Source of the DNA: Phyllobates terribilis
Taxonomy: Eukaryota
Direction: 5' to 3'
NCBI RefSeq assembly: GCF_046119375.1
Contig: NW_027362762.1
Span: forward strand, 694,090,001-694,154,000
DNA: 64,000 bases
The position numbers and the translations under genes were made by a program. Positions 55,415 through 64,000 of this stretch are shown piece after piece. The notes under the pieces were generated by a model. The model was not told the DNA's origin. It was given only the letters and a program-made list of their open reading frames with translations, and ran no database searches. How positions within the stretch are numbered: position 1 is the first letter of the stretch; every line of letters begins with the position of its first letter.

Positions 55415-58400
55415 GTGATCGCGGCATTTAGAAGATAGTGAGAGGAGAGGGGGTCGTCCACTTACCTCTCCGACGGCCCCCTGATGTCTTACAGGACCTG
55501 CCGTTGTCATGGCAGCCGGAGGTCACATGACCGCCTCCGGATCTGCCATATATGGTGTCCTGCTAGGCTCAGTCTGCAGCTGAAGTCTAGCAGGAGACAG
55601 ACAGTGTGAAACTGTCAGCAAAGCTCTCATGCGATGCAATACATGTCTATTGCATTGCATAAGAACAGTGATTAGAAAACTAAAAATTAATGTCCCATAC
55701 AGGACTAAGTAAAAATGTAAAAAAAAAAGTCTAAAAAATGTTTTCAAACTGTTAAAAAAAATCACAAAATAAATAAAATATTAAACCAATAAATCCGTTT
55801 ATTTATGTAAAAACAAAAAAAGTACACATATTTGGTATCGCCGCGTCCGAAACAACCTGATCTATAAAACTGTCACACTAATTAACTCCTTCTGTGCACA
55901 CCGTAATAAAAATAAATAAAAAACGGAGCAAAAAACTATGCTTTTTCATCATATCGCCAAACAAAAAGTGGAAAAAATGCGATCAAAAAGCAAAATGGAA
56001 ATAAAAATGATACCGCTGAAAACGTCATCTTGTTCCGCAAAAAAAAAGCCGCCATACAGCTCCATCAGCCGAAAAATAAAAAAGTTATAGCTCTCTGAAT
56101 AAAGCGATGCAAAAAAAATATTTTTTCTATAAAATTGTTTTATTGTGTAAAAGCGCCAAAACATAAAAAAATATACAGTAAGTGTAGTATCGGTGTAAAC
56201 GTACTGACCCGAAGAATAATGCTGCCTTATCACTTTTACCACACGCAGAACGGCATAAAAAAAACCCTCAAAAAACAATTCCTGAATTGTTGGTTTTTGT
56301 TAATTTTGCCTCCCAAAAAACGGAATAGAAAGCGATCAAAAAATGTCACATACCCAAAAATGGTACCAATAAAAATGTCAACTCGTCCTGCAAAAAATAA
56401 GCCATCACATGACTCTGTCGGCCGAAATATGGAAAAATTATAGCTTTCAAAATATGGCGATGCAAAAACTAGATTTTGCAATAAAAGAGTCTTTTAGTGT
56501 GTGACAGCTGTCAGTCATAAAAACCCGATATAAATCTGGTATCTCTGTAATCGCACCGACCCAAAGAATAACGTAATCTCATCACTTATATCGCACGAGG
56601 AACGGCGTAAAAAATAAATAAAACCAATTCTTCACCTGCTACTGATTTGTTTATTATGTCTCCCAAAGATCGCAGTAAGGCTCTGCTCACATTTATCCTG
56701 CGCTCTGCGCTGAGCACTTACACCAGACTTTCTGTGTAAATCTCTGAAATACGTGATTCAGACGGAACCCATGACGGAAGATTCCCTGTAATGAGGCAGA
56801 TATAGGCCACTGTGGATGCCGTCTGGCCTGTGATCCCACGGTGTCAGTTTTTTTAGGCGTGCATAAAAGTGCGGTTGGCCACAGTTTTGTGCACTTCTGA
56901 AAAAAAGGACACCGCTAAACAGAGGCCAGACGGAGTCCAAATTAACTCTGCTGCCTCATTACAGTGAATGGATCCCGCAGGGGTTTCATCTGAATTACAT
57001 CACTTGGAAATTTAGATGGAAACCCCGATGTAAGTGCTCAGCTTAGAGCGCCGAATAAATGTTACGTAAAATGTTCCCAATAAAAGCTTCAACTCAGTCC
57101 TCAAAAAAAGCTAGTCCCCACTCAGGTCCGTTATCTGTTAAAAATATAAGGGACTTCCAAGTTACTGGTAGCAGAAAGGCTCTGGAAAAGCGAAATGGCT
57201 CTTGCCCCCCAAAAGAAATTCAGAAAATTTTGTGCTCCCAAATCCAAGTGCCTATTCTACAATAATTTGTTCTCCAATTGTCAAATAGCACTCCGTCCCC
57301 CCCAGATCTCGCCGTATGGCTGAGCGGTACGATACAGCCACATATGGGGTATTGCCACTTTTAGAAGAAATTGTGTGACACATTTCGGCACCATTTTTAC
57401 CCATTGCCCTGTGTGAAAATGTAAAATCTGAGGGTAAAACATTTTTTTGTGGTAAAAATATAATTATGCTTTTTTCACTGCCCAATGATATCAATTTAAA
57501 AATTAAAAAATACTCACTACTTCCCTAGATGAATTCCTTGAGAGGTGTAGTTTACAAAATGGGGTCACTTGTGGGGGTTTCTGCTTTTTCGGCATGTCAG
57601 CGACTCTTCAAATGTGACATGCTGTCTGCAACCCATCCCAGCCAACATAGCGCTCCTTTCTCTTCCGAACCCTGCCGTACACCAAAGCAGTGGTTTTCCC
57701 CCACATATGGGGTATCAGCGTACTCAGGAGAAATTGCACAACAAATTTCAAGGTGCAATTCTCCTGTTATCCTTATTATAATGCAAAATTAGAGGATGAA
57801 AAACATTTATTGTGGGAAAAATGTAAAAATTTTATTTTTATGGCTCAATATTATAAACTTCTGTGAAGCACCTGGGGGTGCAAGGTGCTCACCACACATC
57901 TAGATAAGTTCCCTAAGGGGTCTAGTTTCCAAAATGGTGGCACTTGTGGGGGGTTTCCACTGTTTAGGCACATTAGGGGCTCCCCAAATGCAACATGGCG
58001 TCCGCTAATTATTCAAGCAAATTTTACATTCAAAAAGTCAAATGGCGCTCCTTCCCTTCCAAACCCTGCCGTGCGCCCAAACAGTGGTTTTCCTCCACAT
58101 ATCAGGTATCAGTGTGTTCAGGAGAAATTGCTCAACAAATTTCATGGTGCAATTTCTCCTATTACCCTTATGATAATGCAAAATTAAGGGATGAAAAACG
58201 TTTTTGTGGGAAAAATGTGAAAATTTTATTTTTACAGCTCAATATTATAAACTTCTGTGAAGCACCTGGGGGTGCAAGGTGCTCACCACACATCTAGATA
58301 AGTTCCCTAAGGGGTCTAGTTTCCAAATTGGTGTCACTTGTGGGGGGTTTCCACTGTTTAGGCACATCAGGAGCTCTCCAAACGCAACATGGCGTCCGCT

Positions 58401-59621
58401 AATTATTCAAACAAATTTTACATTCAAAAAGTCTAATGGCGCTCCTTCCCTTCTGAACTCTTCCATGCCCCCAAACAGTGGTTTTTCCCCCCATATTGGG
58501 TATCTACTAACTCAGGAGAAATTGCACAACAAACTGCATGGTGAAATTTCTCCTGTTACCCTTATGAAAATGCAAAAGTGGGGGCTGAAAAACATTTTTG
58601 TGGGAAAAATGTGAAAATTTTATTTTTACAGCTCAATGTTATAAACTTCTGTGAAGCACCTGGGGGTTTAAGGTGCTCATCACACATCTAGATAAGTTCC
58701 GTGAGGGGTCTAGTTTCCAAAATGTTGTCACTTATGGGGGGTTTCTACTGTTTGGGCACATCAGGGGCTCCCCAAATGCAACATGGCGTCCGCTAATTAT
58801 TCAAGCAAATTTTACATTCAAAAAGTCAAATGGCGCTCCTTCCCTTCCGAACCCTGCCGCATGCCCAAACAGTGGTTTTCCCACACATATGGGGTATGTG
58901 CGTGCCCAGGGGAAATTGCACAACAAATTTTGGGGTCCAATTTTTCCTGTTACCCCTGCAAAAATAAAAAAAATTGGGTCTAAAGTAACATTTTTGTGAA
59001 AAAAAGTTAAATGTTAGTTTTTTTATTCCACATTCCAAAAATTCCTGTGAAGCACCTGAAGGGTTAATAAAGTTCTTGAATGTGGATATGAGCACATTGA
59101 GGGGTGCAGTTTTTAGAATGGTGTCACTTTTTGGTATTTTCTGTCATAAAGACCCCTCAAAGTGACTTTAAATATGATGTGGTCCCTAAAAAAATGGTTT
59201 TGTAAATTTTGTTGGAAAAATGAGAAATCGCTGGTCAACTTTTAACCCTTATAGCTCCCCAATAAAAAAAAATTTTGGTTCCAAAATTGTGCTGATGTAA
59301 AGTAGACATGTGGGAAATGTTATTTATTAATTATTTTGTGTGACATATCTCTCTGATTTAAGGGCATAAAAATTCAAATTTTGAAAATTGCAAAATTTTC
59401 AAAATTTTCGCCAAATTTCCGTTTTTTTCACAAATAAACGCAAGTGATATCGAAGAAATGTTACCACAATCATGAATTACAATATGTCACAAAAAAACAA
59501 TCTCAGAATCAGGGGATCCGTTGAAGCGTTCCAGAGTAATTACCTCATAAAGTGACAGTGGTCAGAATTGTAAAAATTGGCCTGGTCATTAACGTGCAAA
59601 CCACCTTGGGTTGTAAAGGGG
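55415..59621 (+). mobile_element. Non-autonomous piggyBac-type element (copy 2, 5'-truncated)
   Basis: Ends …GTAAAGGGG|TTAA; last ~700 bp are near-colinear with 35270-35945; left TIR not found. Confidence 0.75.
57500..59060. repeat. 394-bp internal tandem repeat, ~4 units
   Basis: GTGCTCA.CACACATCTAGATAAGTTCC at 57885, 58279 and 58673; about 2 units in copy 1 (34620-35300). Confidence 0.92.
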
Positions 59622-60419
59622 TTAAAAATATATATATACAATTTAGGTCAAATTTCAAACTAATTCAATACAAATCAAAATGTCATGATTTTGTGACTCT
59701 ACCCTTAATATGCTAACATTTTTGACATGAACGTGGCGTCCAACCATCACAGAAAGTTGAATGTGGCTGACAAATCTAATCAATAGAACAGTTCTCCCTT
59801 TACTACTACATAGTTGGGTGGTGGGGTAGACACTTGGCATTAGACATTAGCAAAGTTTATATCTGGTCAGCCATAGTTTATAATAACATCTATCAACAAG
59901 ACTACTAGAGATAATCAAACCATTTGAAATTCAAATTCAGGTTCAGCTAATTTTTCCCAAAAATTCAATTCAATTAATTTAATCGCGAGGAAACTTAAGT
60001 AGTCCAATTACCTTGCAGCAGTGTGCAGAACATTTTGCCATCCCTGGATAATGTATCCACTCTGTTTTATGAGAGTGAAAAAGAGATTCCAAACTTTTGT
60101 ACTACAAGAATAAGAAATGTGTAATTTGAATGTATTAATCAATTACACTGACACTCCATGCCCTATCTCTCCCACTATTGATGCAGCTAAATGTTCTTCA
60201 ACATTTGTACCCTTTTATTTCCCTATGTGGAATGAGCTGTGCACTCTGACCTCTATCCCTATTCTAAAAAAGCATAAAATAGCAGTCTTTGCCAACATCC
60301 ATATTTTTACTGCCCGTAATAGTCCACCCATATGATCTAGGATAGACTAAGTGATGTGATATCTGTAGGGCATAATCAGGAGCTTGTCATCTTCCTTCTT
60401 ATGATTCTTTAGCAGTGTG

Positions 60420-60562
60420 TGAAATGGCACCAGGCATATTTTTAGGAAGGGAGGCTGATCCGCGTGAAATGTATCGCAAATTGGTTGAATTTGCAGGGAC
60501 CTGCAAATTTCAGGTATTTTGACTAGAAATCGATTTGATTCAAATCGATTTGCTCATCTCTA
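60420..60562. mobile_element. hAT MITE right end
   Basis: Ends TTTGCTCATCTCTA, like 26013-26026. Confidence 0.5.
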
Positions 60563-61256
60563 ATGAATACCACTGTCAAAGCCGAATCGACCATTTGTTA
60601 CTAAGATTTTTTTTAGAAAAATTAAATGTGAAGGTTCCGCTTAAGTCAAGTCGTTAAACCATACAATTGATATTATACTAGAATTAGCCAACTTGCCAGT
60701 ATCTGGCAGGATAGTACACCTATGCACAGATTACTCTGCAAGAACGAAACCACATACATTTTATAAATGCATGCACTAGTGGCCATAGAAAAAATACAAT
60801 TGCCTGTAGAAAACTTATAGCATATATGGAGCACTCAATTTAATTGTAAAATTACATCTCTTTCAGCATGAAATGTGAATGGAGAGCCTAAGAGTTAATG
60901 TTTTTAAGGAACCTATCACCACAACAACTATTTCCAATCATAAATCTACCGAGGTTCCTTAGTGGTGTTTGACAGCTGTACAGTATGTAAACATTGCCAT
61001 GCACATACGGTTTGGTAACATAACTGGGAACCTTGCATAAGTAGTAGAACCTGAAAAGCTGGATGTGGCTTCATGTTTCTACGGTGTTTCCTGACTTGCA
61101 CATCAAGATCTTAATCACCCTCATTGGGGCATTCACAGGAGATATATAATAGATAGAACATGCCTTGAGACAAGATATTCAGATTAAGACTGTGAGACAC
61201 AGGAATGAATGGATGGTATGTGGAAAAAATGCTATTACATCAGACTCTGAGCTTAA

Positions 61257-61930
61257 AGAGAACCTGCCATCAGGATCATGCATGTTAAAATAAAGGTATT
61301 GGCATACTGTCGCTGTTATACTGGTTCATTAGATACCTTCAGTGTAGAAATCCACAGCCTGGTTATTGTTTAATCATCATTAGAAATTTGGGTTTCCTGA
61401 GTTCTTCGTGCATCGGGGCGGGACTGTGAGTAGTGTCTTCGGCTCAGCCTCAGCCCCTCTGCTTCCTCTGGTGTCCATATTTTCTGTTTTAAATTTTGCA
61501 CCGGCATTATCCTAACTGCGGGCGGCGTTTGCACCCATTGATCTCGTGGCGGGCTTCAGGAAATGGCGCTGGTGGAAGCACATGCGCATATTGACCTCTT
61601 GCGGTCATCAGGAAAATGGCGGAGGTGATGGCACAAGCGCAGATTGAGATCTGCTTGTCTCTGAGCTGAGATCTCAATCTCCGCATGCGCCACCACCGGC
61701 GCCATTTTCCTGAAGCCTGCCGGAAGATCAATATACGCAAGCGTCGTCCACGGTTAGGAAGGTGCCAGCGTGAAATTTAACACAGTAAAAAGATACAGAA
61801 AACAGAGGCAGTGGAGGGGCCAGGGCAGAGCTGAAGACCCTACCCATAATTTGGCCTTGATGCACGAAGAACTTAGGAAACTCAAACTTCTAAATTTAGG
61901 TTTATGAAAATGTTTTCAAATCCAGTGACT
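61257..61930. mobile_element. Kolobok/T2-type palindromic MITE
   Basis: TTAA|AGAGAACCTG start; arms TTTCCTGAGTTCTTCGTGCATC / GATGCACGAAGAACTTAGGAAA; right TIR not seen. Confidence 0.6.
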
Positions 61931-62117
61931 GATTCTTATGTTTTCTTATGCCCTTATACACTTCTATTTTTAACCATCACATATGCATTTTGCACAAAAC
62001 GCACGTGAAACTATGCACAAGTGAGATGAACAAGAAAAATCCTTATTGTAGCCAAAATTGTGCACAATATTATATATAAAAATTTGTTGAACATTCATTC
62101 TGCAACTTTATTGAAAA

Positions 62118-62790
62118 TTAGTTCTTGAGCCCTTTTCTTTTCTCTTCAAAGCTCCTCGTGATCCTTTTTCTCTTATAGATGGCCTGCGGATCTTCTCTGT
62201 GAAGCATCCAGCAGTAGTCCCCCATCATGTTCACATTCCATCTACCTTGGTATGGTCGTTCCATCTTGATACCCTGATGAAATCTTTCTCCTTGTTCTTC
62301 GGTAACAGCACCAAGGTTTTCAGGAAAGTAATCCAAATTGGAATGTAAAAAATGTAACTTCAAATTCATCAGACAACCCAAGGCTTTGAAAGGTTTATGC
62401 ATGTTCTCCATGATGGACTTAAATGTCGGATCTTTGTTGTTACCTAAAAATTTCTTCCGGACTTGTTTAAAAAATTTCCAAGCCCTTTTCTCAACAGCTT
62501 TCATTTTTGTTTCAAGCACGTCATCCTTCATGTGTTTCTGAATAACTGGACCCACAAAAATGCCTTCCTTCAGTTTTGTTTCTGACAGTCTTTGAAACTT
62601 GATACACAGGTATTTAAGTCTCTCCTTCTTTCGGTAGAGCTATCACAAACTGCTTTATCAGTCCAAACTTAATATGGAGCAGTGGCAGGAGAACTTTAGT
62701 GGGATCAACTAAACTTTCCGCAACTATGTTCTTGAATCCAGGTTGCAAAAATGTTCTCATGGCCAACTTTTTTGGCTCCAGTTTACTGAA
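62118..62790 (-). pseudogene. DNA transposase C-terminal remnant, probably CMC/Chapaev-3 type
   Basis: LVDPTKVLLPLLHIKFGLIKQFV…LSETKLKEGIFVGP…FLGN…LKLHFLHSNLDYFPENLGAVTEEQGERFHQ…YQGRW…MGDYCW. Superfamily assigned from memory. Confidence 0.7.
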
Positions 62791-63392
62791 TTCAGCGATC
62801 GAAAGTATATAAAAATCACCTGTTACTTTTCAAACAATTTTACCTGGGTTATTAAATGGAACTTTTCGCCTTGGAAAATGCTTTATACTTGCAGATATAT
62901 GGGTTTATCTGTAAGTAAATAGCGCTTGAATAATGACCGGCTGACTTACTGAAGGTGCGGCTACCGGAAGAAAATGAACTCATTACCTCCTGAGAGGTGG
63001 CAGCTTTTAGTCATGGGGGCGGTGCAGTGAGCAATAGCAGACATTGCGGCAGCTTTAAGCATGCCGGGACACTTTGAGAAACAGATGTTCTGCAGAGCCG
63101 TCTGTCAATCAAAGTTTCAGGGCATATTTACAGCCACTGCTCATAGTACAGTGAGCAGTGCTGGGAGCAGTGACTGTAGCCACTCTGCAAATTTCAAGGT
63201 ATCATTTATTCAGTTTCCTATAACCTACATGCCCATATAGACGGCTTAGGAGGGTTGGTCAAAGATTCCCTTTATGTGTTCTATCAGTTTACAGTATTCC
63301 TTAACTAGGTGCAGTAATCCAAAAACTTAATGTATCAAATACACAATAATGTGGAACTAATCTGTAAATAGAATTTTTTTACACAACTTATA

Positions 63393-63715
63393 CACTCATC
63401 AATCATAACATTAAAACCAAATGTCTAAAACTTTTGACATTCCACCAAAATAACGTTGACAAATTGGGGCGTGGACTCAACAAGACCTCTAAAGGTGTGC
63501 TGTGGTATTTGGAAGCAAAATAAAACCAGCAGATCCTTAAAAGTCCCCCAACGAGTTAAGCTGGATCACCATTGATCATACTTGTTTCTTTTTTTTAAGC
63601 ACATTCCACAGATGCCCGATTGGATTGAGATCTGGAGAATTTGGAGAACAAGTCAATAACTTGAATTCTTTGTCATGTTTCTCACACCATTTCTGGATAA
63701 TTTTTTGCAGTGTAG
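63393..63715 (-). mobile_element. Tc1 remnant (transposase 3' end and TIR)
   Basis: Reverse complement encodes …SPDLNPIGHLW…; TA|CACTCATCAATCATAACATTAAAACC terminus. Confidence 0.65.
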
Positions 63716-64000
63716 CACACTACCCTACTGACAAGGTCATACCTGGCAGTGTAGGGCCAGCAATTGCTGCCCTAGCAGAATTACTACTGTTTAAATGACA
63801 ACGGACAGGGAGTAGATGCCATTGGTACTAGCGGTAGCATTGCAGTGTAGAAGACAATGGACAGGCAAACAGAAGGTATGGCAAATGTAATCATTGGCAT
63901 CAATCGGAGGTGAATGAATGCCTGATTAATTTTGACAAATGTAAGGTTTCCCATGCTTGCTGTAACATACCTGGCGGCGTCCTTGCATGGTGGTCCATCT

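Noticed and set aside
57885-58999. Three similar ~100-aa ORFs (MLTTHLDKF…), and the one at 34994
   Set aside because: Translations of the non-coding 394-bp tandem repeat with GTG/TTG starts and different stops; not a gene family.

Overview
Eukaryotic, almost certainly anuran (frog) genomic DNA; the taxon is inferred from the repeat families. No host gene could be confidently identified, and most of the window is nested mobile DNA. Main contents: (1) An apparently intact, young Ty3/Gypsy LTR retrotransposon on the minus strand (17252-25158). It has 1003-bp LTRs differing at 8 positions, a CTTC TSD, a tRNA-Ser PBS, open gag and pol, and a U_UUA_AAC -1 frameshift site with a predicted pseudoknot. 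It is inserted in an old Tc1 element. (2) Two copies of a large Ac-type hAT family (<1-6488 and 37862-47085). Both carry internal tandem arrays and antisense-oriented fragments of their own transposase. (3) Several decayed Tc1/mariner elements. (4) Two copies of a TTAA-specific piggyBac-type non-autonomous element, one holding a 4.3-kb telomere-variant (GGGTTAGGGTTGTGCTA)n array. (5) Solo LTRs, V-SINE, L2 and CR1 fragments, many Kolobok/T2-type and Harbinger-type MITEs, and a Chapaev-3-like transposase remnant. The most unusual signal is a second tRNA-Ser 3'-end match inside U5, at a similar position in two divergent LTR families, each matching a different Ser isoacceptor. All comparisons were made by eye; family names and tRNA sequences are recalled, not searched.
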